Source: Hormiphora californensis
Taxonomy: Eukaryota; Animalia; Ctenophora
Assembly (NCBI GenBank): GCA_020137815.1
Contig: CM035351.1
Span: 8,308,001 to 8,372,000 of the forward strand
Reading direction: 5' to 3'
DNA length: 64,000 nt
Shown here: positions 46,649 through 58,599 of the stretch, in pieces
Numbering within the stretch: position 1 is the stretch's first letter
How the letters are laid out: each line of letters begins with the position of its first letter
Position numbers and translations under genes: made by a program
Notes under the pieces: generated by a model
Database searches by the model: none
What the model was told of the DNA's origin: nothing
Seen by the model: the letters and a program-made list of their open reading frames with translations, nothing else

Positions 46649-47836
46649 TCAAGTCTTCTTCCTACTTCCTGTGGCAATATCTTCAGCCATTGCGGCTAGT
46701 TTTTCAAGCTGCCATTTAGATGCAACCCTCTCTCTTAACTTGGTAAACTCTTCAGGGTTTCTCAGATACTCTACTACCCCCGTCACTCCCTCCCCATATC
46801 TGTGATCAACAACTCGGTTAGATTTGAAATTATACGTCCTTATTTTATCAGACCTGTCTCCCTGAAGTGCCTGTGATTTCCTTGAATCCCTCATCCTCCC
46901 CTCCTTATCACTAATCATCTGCCTCAACAGGATATCCGATAATATCTCGATGGCTCGTGTTTTGTTCTGTAACGCTTCCCTCTCCTCCTGACAGCTAATC
47001 CTGGTACCACTGGGAATGTGGTGCAGTTGACACCGGGTCTGTCTCCTGTTGACATACTGGCCACCAGGACCTGTGCTCGTGGTGAAACTGATTTCCAGAT
47101 CCGCTGGGTTGATTTCAATGGCCATATCAGGGGGCTTCTCTATCACTGTCACCACAATTGTGGATGTGTGGATTCTAGTGTCGTTGAATGGTACTCTCTG
47201 GACTCTGTGTACACCTGCTTCAAAATGAAAAGTTCCCATTGCATTGTCACCTGTTATTTGGACAACGGCCTTGGCAAGTCCCACACCTCCCCTGGTATCC
47301 TCCTCTAAGAGTTTCCATTGGTAACCATGGTAACCCGCAACTGATTGGTAAAGTTGTAACATCTCTTGAGCGAAAACAGCCGATTCTGTCCCTCCAACAG
47401 CCATCAAGATTTCTAGAAATATGGAATCTCCAGATGGTGCAAGAGCCATTCCAATTTGATCCTCAATAGCTGCTTTACTAGCCGTCACCAGCTCTGCTAG
47501 TTCTCCCACCTCCTCTTCCACAACCTCCCTCATTCCTTCCTCGTTTACCAAGGTGAGACACTCCTCAATATTGTCCAGGGCTGTCTGGTACTCTTTAAAC
47601 GCTTCATATAGAGGCCCAAACCGGTGCAGATATCTCTCCGATACAGCACTTTGTTTCATTTCTGTCACCATTTTAGCAGCTTCATAGTCAGTTTTGATGC
47701 GGGTTAGATAGGCTTGCTGGTGGGTTGATAGGGTGTTGTAGGTGGAGTTACATCTGGAAGGTAGGAGAAGGGAGTTGCGGAGTGGAGAGGTGTGTAGTAA
47801 GGGAGTTAGACGCGAACTAATCCGGCGACATATCAT
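46649..47836 (-). CDS. MTRF1L: Mitochondrial peptide chain release factor 1-like; intronless
   Basis: R/S-rich presequence; GGTES; FEAGVHRVQRVP; GPGGQYVN (GGQ); DRSDKIRTYNFKSNRVVDHR. Confidence 0.9.
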   Translation of the reverse strand: MICRRISSRLTPLLHTSPLRNSLLLPSRCNSTYNTLSTHQQAYLTRIKTDYEAAKMVTEMKQSAVSERYLHRFGPLYEAFKEYQTALDNIEECLTLVNEEGMREVVEEEVGELAELVTASKAAIEDQIGMALAPSGDSIFLEILMAVGGTESAVFAQEMLQLYQSVAGYHGYQWKLLEEDTRGGVGLAKAVVQITGDNAMGTFHFEAGVHRVQRVPFNDTRIHTSTIVVTVIEKPPDMAIEINPADLEISFTTSTGPGGQYVNRRQTRCQLHHIPSGTRISCQEEREALQNKTRAIEILSDILLRQMISDKEGRMRDSRKSQALQGDRSDKIRTYNFKSNRVVDHRYGEGVTGVVEYLRNPEEFTKLRERVASKWQLEKLAAMAEDIATGSRKKT

Positions 47837-48433
47837 ACTTGAGAGTGTGGTTTAACTAAATGTCATTAGTTTCATATCTACCAGTAACCTGCTGAACAAT
47901 AGGGGGGTTTAGTAGGGGGATTGAGACAAGAGGGGGGTGGGGGCTACCTAGAGGGAAGGGGGAATAAAACAGCATTTTTGATATAAACAGTTAAAGAACG
48001 CTGAAATTAACAATGATTTGAACATGTTTTGTGGGTAATGGGGGATTTAATTGTTATGAATCTGTCCCTCTAAATTGTGCACATAATTGTGGGGTTTAAG
48101 ATATTATATTATTTATGTACATGCTAGAAAAGAAAGTGTCCTCAAAAGTTAAGTGTGGTAAAAAGCTGGTTAATAATGACACGCACACACGTAATAAATG
48201 ACACAAAATCACATTCACAAAACGAGTAAAAAAAGAGAGTTCATCTCAAGCGCATACATCTCAAAAAACTAAACTTTTCGATGGTTTACTAAACATGTAT
48301 TGTTAACCCAAATCTATCTCCAGTTGCCCCAAGACTACCTCTAAAACATAACTTGTACTGTGGTCTGTGCTACTAGTCCTTCCTTCCTTTCTGGTCCTCA
48401 AAAGATCCTGATTCCTAATTGTAGTCCCTAAAA

Positions 48434-48526
48434 CAGGAACCGACCGAAACAAGTAAACAACCTATCAGAACTCGTTATTTAGGTCACGTGACTGGTTATC
48501 AGCCAATCAGGGACCAGTATTTCCTG
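48434..48526. mobile_element. 93-bp hAT-like MITE
   Basis: Termini CAGGAA...TTCCTG with a near-perfect 8-bp flanking duplication ccctaaaa / cccttaaa. Confidence 0.7.
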
Positions 48527-48580
48527 CCCTTAAAGTTCACACCCATGGTAGTTGGTATCCTGGCCGTTACCACGGTAACT

Positions 48581-49858
48581 TTACAAGTCATCATCAGTAA
48601 TCCCCTCCATAAACAACTCATTATCAGTATTCTGTAACACGCTAAATGCTGGTGCTTTCGGTTTCGCATCCTCCATCCTCTTCCTATCCTTATTTGAAAT
48701 GGGTAGATACCCACTGTTGCTCCTCACCTTTGTTAACTCAGGCTCCTGGCCACTCCGCAACATCACCATCTCATCCAGAATGGCCTGGAGTGTCATGGAA
48801 ACTAGGATGACAGTCTGGGATGTCGTGCTGATGTTCACCCACCTCAGCTCATCCTTCATCACTAGATACTCCAATGCTATGACGTCATTCTTCTCGGGGA
48901 ACAGTTTCCAGCATCTGATCCGTGTTACAGGGAGTGATGTCACTGTGCCGTTGATGTACACCAGTTTGAGACTCTCAGGGCCACCGTACACCGTTACATG
49001 TTGGCTGTTGTCCTCAGGGTAGTCGATTGTTCCACTGCCAAGTTCCACAAAACCATACATTGGATCTGTCCGGGCCACCCTTACGAACTGTTCCCTGAGT
49101 CCCGCTGTTTTTAGTTGTTTCAGCTTCTTCAGGGTGCCTGAGTCTGGTTGGATCCACCTGTCCTCCATAGCCCTAATACACTCAAGATACAACAGTCGGA
49201 GGGTTACAGAGTTTCCCATCAATACTGGATCAAACTTCATCACATTCCAATAGCACCGGCGCAGCTCCACAAAATAAGTTTCATCAAGGGGCTTCAGGGT
49301 CAAAAATGGGCACTCCATGTCTTGTAGTCTCCGGATTATCCGGGGTGATTCCCTTCCCTGCATGAGAAACAATCCAAATAGTGGCTGGTACTTTTCCTCG
49401 ATTCCAAGAGCTCCAGCAACCTGTTTCAGTACCTCGGGAGAGTAATCAGCTCCATTTATCTCCACCTCAATAGTCTTGCCATCAACTGTACTGACTTGCA
49501 AACCAACACCCTCCTCTTCGTTCAGCTTGTTAAACTCCTTCTGGGCTTGAATCAGGAAATCCATAAACAAGTTAGACCGAGATATCTCACCGTGTTGGCC
49601 CAGCGACATGACATACAACTCTAAACCAATCCTCCGATCCTCCTTCTCAGTGGGGCCCAGGGAAAACAGCTTTTTAGGAGGGAAATCATACACCTCAGTT
49701 GTGTCAAATCTGCTCTTCTGGATCTGCTCGTTGAGCTTGTGTAGCTGGCTGTACCTAACTGCACAATGAACTGCCCCGTTTAGGTGCATCTCGTAGACGG
49801 TGTAGACACTCCCATCTTCCTCTGTGACGTCACGACAATGTGGGATTGAGAAATACAT
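48581..49858 (-). CDS. SNX17: Sorting nexin 17 (PX + FERM-like); intronless CDS
   Basis: MYFSIP start, HCAVRYSQLH, FPPKKLF, RRLQDMECPF, VTRIRCWK, C-terminal FMEGITDDDL. Confidence 0.93.
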   Translation of the reverse strand: MYFSIPHCRDVTEEDGSVYTVYEMHLNGAVHCAVRYSQLHKLNEQIQKSRFDTTEVYDFPPKKLFSLGPTEKEDRRIGLELYVMSLGQHGEISRSNLFMDFLIQAQKEFNKLNEEEGVGLQVSTVDGKTIEVEINGADYSPEVLKQVAGALGIEEKYQPLFGLFLMQGRESPRIIRRLQDMECPFLTLKPLDETYFVELRRCYWNVMKFDPVLMGNSVTLRLLYLECIRAMEDRWIQPDSGTLKKLKQLKTAGLREQFVRVARTDPMYGFVELGSGTIDYPEDNSQHVTVYGGPESLKLVYINGTVTSLPVTRIRCWKLFPEKNDVIALEYLVMKDELRWVNISTTSQTVILVSMTLQAILDEMVMLRSGQEPELTKVRSNSGYLPISNKDRKRMEDAKPKAPAFSVLQNTDNELFMEGITDDDL

Positions 49859-50110
49859 GGTGGGGGGGTCTCAGTGTGCCATGAGATACTATTCCTAGAG
49901 AGAAGAGGGGGCGTGTGTCAGTACTTTTCTATATTTTCGCCTGAAGACAAGACACGGGTCAAGAAGGGTCAATTGTGTAACAATCATCTTCGAAGCAATA
50001 CGAAGATTCTTTCCGGAGAACATAAAAAGTAACAAAATGTGCTCTAGAAATAGTTGATACTATACTGAGAGGAGGTATAATATTTGTTTACCATACCGGA
50101 TGTAGCTGTG

Positions 50111-50146
<36 letters not shown>

Positions 50147-50760
50147 TGTGAGTGGAAGCACTAACTATTATAGGAAGTTGATTGTACTGTTCCTTTATCT
50201 TTCCAGATTTGCCTTCTCTTCAAGCACGTTTTTTCTGTTCGAGATTAATTTCAATAGGCGACTACTGCAATAAAAGTGACTCTCTGACTTCAAAAAGTGA
50301 CTCTCTGACTTCAAATTTGGTACTGGCCTATTCGTCTGGCATCTTGATATGTGTGTCTATTTAAATTAGTCTACTAGTGCCTGAGGTTGTGTGTAAAGTG
50401 CGGAAGATCCCCCTCCTCCCACATGTTGGCCTCAATTGTGCATCTCTCTGTCTTTCTATCTCTCTTTTTCCCTATCTTTCTCTCTCTCTCTCTCTCTCAA
50501 TTTCTTTCTCTGTCTCTCTTTCTCTCTTTTACTCTCTCCCTCTCTTTCTAACTATTTCATTCTCCCTCACTCTCTCTTACACTATGTGTGGGCATTTTCA
50601 TTTCCCTCTCACTAACTTATATTAACCGATCTTTCTGTTTAACATCTGTTGGGGACCGACTGTTTCTTTTTGAATACTTCTTCACAGTATAATTGACTAT
50701 TATTGTTAACGTTTGTATCCCCAGTCATAATACCTCTCTTACCAGTAGCCAAGCCACACA

Positions 50761-52847
50761 ATGACCACTATCGAGGAAGTCAGGGCCATCAAAGCCCACT
50801 ACGACAACCACCGAGAGTGGCACGACCTGGCCCGGGGCAATGGCAACTTGGGTGACGGTTACTACACATTTGTAGGAACTGAACCTGCCAATCTGGATAT
50901 TGGGTTCCCCGAGGCGTGCAGGAGGATGACCCGATACCTGGGAACCCTGGGACAACTTGATACCCGATCTATTGTTCTGGATATGGGCTGTGGGGAGGGT
51001 ACACCAGCCATCACAATGGCGAAACAATTCGGTGAGTAACAGATAGATATTAGATAACAAAACCACATCCCCCATTTCTAGAGAAAGAAGGAAATTCATC
51101 ATGAGTAACAGATAGATATTAGATAACAAAACCACATCCCCGATTTCTAGAGAAAGAAGGAAATTCATCATGAGTAACAGATAGATATTAGATAACAAAA
51201 CCACATCCCCGATTTCTAGAGAAAGAAGGAAATTCATCATGAGTAACAGATAGATATTAGATAACAAAACCACATCCCCCATTTCTAGAGAAAGAAAAGG
51301 GAATTCATCATGAGTAACAGATAGATATTAGATAACAAAACCACATCCCCGATTTCTAGAGAAAGAAAAGGGAATTCATCATGAGTAACAGATAGATATT
51401 AGATAACAAAACCACATCCCCCATTTCTAGAGAAAGAAGGAAATTCATCATGAGTAACAGATAGATATTAGATAACAAAACCACATCCCCCATTTCTAGA
51501 GAAAGAAGGAAATTCATCATGAGTAACAGATAGATATTAGATAACAAAACCACATCCCCGATTTCTAGAGAAAGAAAAGGGAATTCATCATGAGTAACAG
51601 ATAGATATTAGATAACAAAACCACATCCCCCATTTCTAGAGAAAGAAGGAAATTCATCATGAGTAACAGATAGATATTAGATAACAAAACCACATCCCCG
51701 ATTTCTAGAGAAAGAAGGAAATTCATCATGAGTAACAGATAGATATTAGATAACAAAACCACATCCCCGATTTCTAGAGAAAGAAAAGGGAATTCTAGAG
51801 ATTTCAATGGTTTTAAAGGATTGAGATTTGAGATCTTTTTTCTCTAGAATTTTCCATCCCTAGATATGACACTAAACTGACTCTACTCTTGTAGGTTGTA
51901 AGGTGGTCGGTGTTGATGTTAGTGAAAACAACATTGCCAGCGCCCGGAAATTCCTTAGCGAGGAAAGTTCAACTCTGAATGTACAGTTTCACGAGGGGAA
52001 CTTCTTTGACATGCCTGCCCGGGTTCAACACGAGATGTTCACACACGTCTGGGCTCAGGTAAATAAGGCTGGTGTCCCTAGTGGATTGTGGAGTAAACAG
52101 GATATTATAGGCCCCACGATGTTGTAGAGATGATGCTTTTGATTATTGAGTACCTGACTTCCTTCCCTCCGCAGGTCTCCTTCTTCCATACACACGCCCA
52201 CCTGAGGAAGTGTATTGACGTGGCTGCCTCCATGTTGAAGAGTGGGGGAACCTTTATCCTAGTGGACTACTGTGGACCTCGTCACCCCGGTATGTGGTGC
52301 AAAACATAGCTACCCGGTGGCCGGCACCCTGTATTGCCCTTTATAGCCGTGTAACATGTACATGTTGATCTACCGGCAGCTTCCCCTACACGCCATTTAC
52401 TGCTGATTGGATAGAATGATCCCCCTCGTTTCCTTGTTTACTCGAAATACCCCCCCCCCCTTATAACACTCGTATTTTCAGTGTTCACTCGAGATACCAG
52501 TAAAAGTGCACCAGATATGAACGAGTACATTCAGACAGTAAAGGACGCTGGATTCAACATCCTTGTCCAGGTTTGTTTACCAAAATAAGTATATGATGTG
52601 TTCAGGTCATACTAATATTGAATAGTTTTCTTTTTTTGTGCACAACAACAGTCCTGTTGTCTTATGTCTAACATCTCGTTTTTTACAGGAGGATGCTTCA
52701 CGACACTTCCTGGCTGGTACTACTTTCTTGAGGAAGATCGCAGGAGAGGAGAAGAACACATTTGAGATTAACTTCTACGATGGGAGAATCTCGTCTATCA
52801 AGGAGAAGCTGATTGGGATGGTTATCATTGTTGCCCAGAAGAAGTAG
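50761..52847 (+). CDS. Class I SAM-dependent methyltransferase (sarcosine/dimethylglycine- or tocopherol-MT-like); about 5 exons
   Basis: Motif I VLDMGCGEG, GCKVVGVDVS, FTHVWAQ-VSFFH, LKSGGTFILVDY. Exons at about 50761-51031, 51895-52058, 52175-52289, 52482-52570 and 52690-52847. Confidence 0.8.
51033..51800 (+). repeat. 69/71-bp tandem repeat (11 units) filling methyltransferase intron 1
   Basis: Unit tgagtaacagatagatattagataacaaaaccacatcccc(c/g)atttctagagaaagaaggaaattcatca. Confidence 0.95.
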
Positions 52848-54177
52848 AGGAACTCTCGACTGGAAACATTGCAAATTTTATATTTAAAAAAGGGAAATAT
52901 TTTAACAACAACCACATCATTGCGTCTTTCTACATCTTTGTGAATTTGAAACTCAGTACAGATAGTAGGGTAATAGTAATACGAAGTACTGAGTACATTG
53001 TATTGAGGTAGTAGTAGTTTCGAACAAATTAATTTGAGAGATCTACTGATAACGGATGACAGATGTCGGATACTCATCTCCAGAGGGAGAGATTCTCTGA
53101 GAAACTGCAATCCATTTAGCATCTGTGTTGAGATAATTCAGGAGGCCGCACCAGGCGTTTATAATAGTGATTCCTAATAATTTTGCAAACATTTGCAAAT
53201 TATTCGGAGCAGTTTTTAAGACATTCGTGATGCGATTCAGTAACTATTGCAACACTTTAACAGTCTACACGGCGTAGGATACCAAACTAAGTATATTTAG
53301 GATCAGGGGCGGTGGGACGCTTCTTAATTCTATTCTTTTTAAGATCGTCACTGGTGTCTCTAATTATGGAGTTTTTATCTTTTCATGGACTGAGATTTGA
53401 CCGTGGGAAAACAGCATAAAGTAAGCTTACTTTACGTAATGACCATCGATGCTTGGTTTTTTTTTTCTGAAGGGCTAATATTACAGGTCATTTTTAGTAA
53501 AAATACGTATTTTAAGTTAACATACTACCCGTTCGTTTAATACTAATCTTTACAGATAGGCTACAGTGCATTTAAAGAAATGACACGAATGTGAGAGGAC
53601 TCTACACGGTCAAAGAGTTTAAAAAGAGAAAGTTAAAAAGTTGTTTTTAAAATTAAAAGTTTTCTGATCTTGATCTTACGTTCTGCCGCGCGGCGGGGCT
53701 TTGGTTTACAACGCGCAAAAACTGCGTCTTTTCAGTTTCGCGCGCGAATTAAAATTGAAATTTAGTGGAGAGCCCAGCTCCAGACCGCGCAATTCCAAGA
53801 CGCGCATTTTGTTCTTGCTTGCGCGCGTTGTGCCACTTGTTCGTCCATACTCGAGCCGAACAAGAAATTTTTCATTTCCACTTTTGTGGATTCTGGGAGG
53901 TTTGATTCGGACGGTCTGTACAATTTATTTGCGATTTCGATGTTTTTTCTTTACATTCTGATTTATGTGTCTTTCTTGATTCTAAACTTATAAATTCATT
54001 GTTGCCCATAATTTGGCTACTTTTTTGATGTTTTTCGTTGAAAGAAATTTTTGAAAAAGCTTGAGCAGCCTTCACCAAATGCCTGGATGAATAATTTGTC
54101 ACTGTTAACTACGTTTTTGCTAGTTGTGTTGTACGCAGTGTCGATCAGGAGATCTTTACATCTACTTATATAGTAGT

Positions 54178-54558
54178 CAGGGTGTGAACTGCATGTCGTG
54201 TTTGCTAGTCGCGAGCGCGCTTACGAGACAAGCAAACACGTCAAGGTTCATTAACAAGCATGCTGCTCAGTCATTTTAGATTTAATACACAATGTAAGGA
54301 TACCATGTAATAGATGAGACTCTTGCCGTCACCCTCGTTAAAGTCCCGTGAAAAACGGAGCAGTACACGCAAACTGATGCCCATTTTCCTCGCGTGACCC
54401 CGATTCAGCAGTTTGAGACACCAACTCTTTAGGGGGCCATATCTCAGGAACCAGACAAGATAGGAAAAATCGCCGTCTAACGAGGCGTACAGTTTTTAAT
54501 CTAGTTTACCACTGTACCGGCCGTTTCACTCTCCGACCTAAAACAAAAATCGCAACCC
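54178..54558 (+). mobile_element. hAT-like transposon end (CAGGG...); further copies at 56803-57330 (+), 60296-60844 (-) and an internal piece at 58353-58499 (-)
   Basis: cagggtgtgaactgcatgtcgtg... is the reverse complement of ...cacgacatgcagttcacaccctg ending at 60844. Confidence 0.7.
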
Positions 54559-54573
54559 AAAATGAATTCCAGC

Positions 54574-57178
54574 TCGTGTGATGTTAGTGAAAACAACATT
54601 GCCAGCGCCCGGAAATCCTTAGCGAGGAAAGTTCAACTCTGAATGTACAGTTTCACGAGGGGAACTTCTTCGATAGCCTGCCCGGGTTCAACACGAGATG
54701 TTCACACACGTCTGGGCACAGGTAATATAAGGCTGGTGTCCTAGTGGATTGTGGAGTAAACAGGATATTATAGGCCCCACGATGTTGTAGAGATGATGCT
54801 TTTGATTATTGAGTACCTGACTTCCTTCCCTCGCAGGTCTCCTTCTTCCATACACACGCCCCCTGAGGAAGTGTATTGACGTGGCTGCCTCCATGTTGAA
54901 GAGTGGGGGAACACTTATCCTAGTGGACTACTGTGGACCTCGTCACCCCGGATATGTGGTGCAAACATAGCTACCCGGTGGCCGGCACCCTGTATTGCCC
55001 TTTATAGCCGTGTAACATGTACATGTGATCTACTCGGCAGCTTCCCCTACACGCCATTTACTGCTGATTGGATAGAATGATCCCCCTCGTTTCCTTGTTT
55101 ACTCGAAATACCCCCCCCCTTATAACACTCGTATTTTCAGTGTTCACTCGAGATACCAGTAAAAGTGCCACCAGATATGAACGAGTACATTCAGACGTAA
55201 AGGACGCTGGATTCAACATCCTTGTCCAGGTTGTTTACCAAAAATAAGTATATGATGTGTTCAGGTCATCTAATATTGAATAGTTTCTTTTTTTTGCACA
55301 ACAACAGTCCTGTTGTCTTATGTCTAACATCTCGTTTTTTACAGGAGGATGCTTCACGACACTTCCTGGCTGGTACTACTTTTTGAGGAAGATCGCAGGA
55401 GAGGAGAAGAACACATTTGAGATTAACTTCTACGATGGGAGAATCTCGTCTATCAAGGAGAAGCTGATTGGGATGGTTATCATTGTTGCCCAGAAGAAGT
55501 AGAGGAACTCTCGACTGAAACATTGCAAATTTTATATTTAAAAAAGGGAAATATTTTAACAACAACCACATCATGCGTCTTTCTACATCTTGTGAACTTG
55601 AAACTCAGTACAGATAGTAGGGTAATAGTAATACGAAGTACTGAGTACATGTATGAGGTAGTAGTAGTTTGAACAAATTAATTTGAGAGATCTACTGATA
55701 ACGGATGACAGATGTCGGATACTCATCCCAGAGGGAGAGATTCTCTGAGAAACTGCAATCCATTTAGCATCTGTGTTGAGATAATTCAGGAGGCCGCACC
55801 AGGCGTTTATAATAGTGATTCCTAATAATTGCAAACATTTGCAAATTATTCGGAGCAGTTTTTTAAGACATTCGTGATGCGATTCAGTAACTATTGCAAC
55901 ACTTAACAGTCTACACGGCGTAGGATACCAAATAATATATTAGGATCAGGGGCGGTGGGGACGCTTCTTAATTCTATTCTTTTTAAGATCGTCAGGTCTC
56001 TAATTATGGAGTTTTATTCTTTCATGGACTGAGATTTACCGTGGGAAAACAGCAAAAAGTAAGCTTACTTTACGTAATGACCATCGATGCTGGTTTTTTT
56101 TTTCTGAAGGGCTAATATTACAGGTCATTTTAGTAAAAATACGTATTTTTATAACATACTACCCGTTCGTTTAATACTATCCTTACAGATAGGCTACAGT
56201 GCATTTAAAGAAATGACACGAATGTGGAGGACTCTACACGGTCAAAGAGTTTAAAAGAGAAAGTTAAAAAGTGTTTTTAAAATTCAAAGTTTTCTGATCT
56301 TGATCTTTACGTTCTGCCGCGCGGCGGGGCTTTGGTTTACAACGCGCAAAAACTGCGTCTTTAGTTTCAGCGCGCGAATTAAAATGAAATTTAGTGGAGA
56401 GCCCAGCTCCAGACCGCGCAATTCCAAGACGCGCATTTTGTTCTTGTTGCGCGCGTTGTGCCACTTGTTCGTCCATACTCGAGCCGAACAAGAAATTTTT
56501 CATTTCCACTTTTGTGGATTCTGGGAGGTTTGATTCGGACGGTCTGTACAATTTATTTGCGATTTCGATGTTTTTCTTTACATTCTGATTTATGTGTCTT
56601 TCTTGATCTAAATTATAAAATCATTGTTGCCCATAATTTGGCTACTTTTTTGATGTTTTTCGTTGAAAGAATTTTTTGAAAAAGCTTGAGCAGCCTTCAC
56701 CAAATGCCTGGATGAATAATTTGTCACTGTTAACTACGTTTTTGCTAGTTGTGTTGTACGCAGTGTCGATCAGGAGATCTTTACATCTACTTATATAGTA
56801 GTCAGGGTGTGAACTGCATGTCGTGTTTGCTAGTCGCGAGCGCGCTTACGAGACAGCCAAACACGTCAAGGTTCATTAACAAGCATGCTGCTCAGTCATT
56901 TTAGATTTAATACACAATGTAAGGATACCATGTAATAGATGAGACTCTTGCCGTCACCCCGTTAAAGTCCCGTGAAAAACGGAGCAGTACACGCAAACTG
57001 ATGCCCATTTCCTCGGGTGACCCCGATTCAGCAGTTTGAGACACCAACTCTTTAGGGGGCCATATCTCAGGAACCAGACAAGATAGGAAAAATCGCCGTC
57101 TAACGAGGCGTTACAGTTTTTAATCAGTTTACCACTGTACCGGCCGTTTCACTCTCGACCTAAAACAAAAATGCAACC
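54574..57178 (+). pseudogene. Indel-ridden tandem duplicate of about 51907-54558 (methyltransferase 3' exons plus flank)
   Basis: Collinear and near-identical, with many single-base deletions; lacks exon 1. May be an assembly artefact. Confidence 0.7.
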
Positions 57179-58599
57179 CGACAAAACTTCAAAATAATGA
57201 AATTCGCATCTCGCATGTGTGTCATGGTTTGATGCGACTCAGCCGTTCAAAGCTAACAACAGAAGCGGACGGAAACAATTGACGGAAAAGATCAAGACGA
57301 GAAGAGATGAGGGTCCGGTGTCGAATGAAAAAGTGTATGGATATTGATTGCCGTTAATCCAGCGAGCAAGCTATACGACAACGAGAAACCGAGATAGTTA
57401 TAAGAGAACCTAAAAATGTAATAGAGCCAATATTGACAGACATATCAAGAAACCTTATATAAGAACAGACGAATCAGAGTGAAATAAACCCATAATGTAA
57501 AGAAATGAGATAAGACCCTTAACAAATAACAATTGTAATCTAGATATTAAGCTTAAAGAACTCACATGGACTCCAAGATAAGCTGCAAGTAAGACAACAA
57601 TAGACTCAATCTATGCAAGCCCTCGGACCTAACTCCAAGTGGTAATCACATCCTCTCAACGAAATAAATACAGAAAAATGTACCTAATAGTATCAAGCTC
57701 CATACACACAAACATTTACATAAAGAGCTAGATACACGACAGACTAGTATATTGTTCTTATACGAAAGGTTGTCGTTTGGGGGTGATGGACCGGATGGAG
57801 AGAGATATAGCGGTAGCTAACGAGATGCCGGCAGGAAACTGGGACGGGTTTTAGGTGAAGATGATGCGAGATGCGAGTAGGTAAAGGGGACGGAGCGGTT
57901 GAGCGTGACTTGAGGTGGACATGTAAATGTGGATGGTAGGGCAAGATCGAGAGATGGGTGCTAAAAAATGTGAGGAGGTTATGGGAAGAGGACTGAGATG
58001 GAGAAGTAACATGGTCGACTTGGTCAGGGACAGCTGAGAGACTAGAGTCCAATCAAGGGGACGGCTCGGGGTGAAGGGTAATTGAGTTTGATGATGCATG
58101 TGAGTAAATGATTGATAGTCATGGGAAAGCTTCCCTGAGCAATGGAGGCAGTAGAGAAAGGGGATCTGCCTAGGGTAGCTGAAAGATGGACTAGTAGGCA
58201 GATGAGGGCGTTTTATCAATGGCTTCTAGGGGAGCTGACACCGACCTTTACTTTTCTACCTGATGATCAGATCAACCTTATTGTTTGATTGACCTCTTGC
58301 AAGCCGGCGGTTTCGGGTAGGACTAGCCGTTGAGATAGATGCGAAGTCTAGATAGATCAAGACGCAAGAAGAAACATTTGATTCGACACACCCCCCGACC
58401 CTCTCTCGGTCTCCCCTCGATTTTCCCCGGCATGTTCTGCACTGCTGTGTGAGAGTTGAACGCGAGCGCAGCAAAAACCATGACACGACATGCGAATGCN
58501 NNNNNNNNNNNNNNNNNNNNNNNNNNNNNNNNNNNNNNNNNNNNNNNNNNNNNNNNNNNNNNNNNNNNNNNNNNNNNNNNNNNNNNNNNNNNNNNNNNN

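Noticed and set aside
50725-51807. Hydrophobic repeat ORFs on the minus strand
   Set aside because: Antisense translation of the 69-bp intronic repeat.
57330-58350. Unexplained sequence between transposon arms
   Set aside because: Appears to be progressively garbled read sequence next to the gap; no supportable feature.
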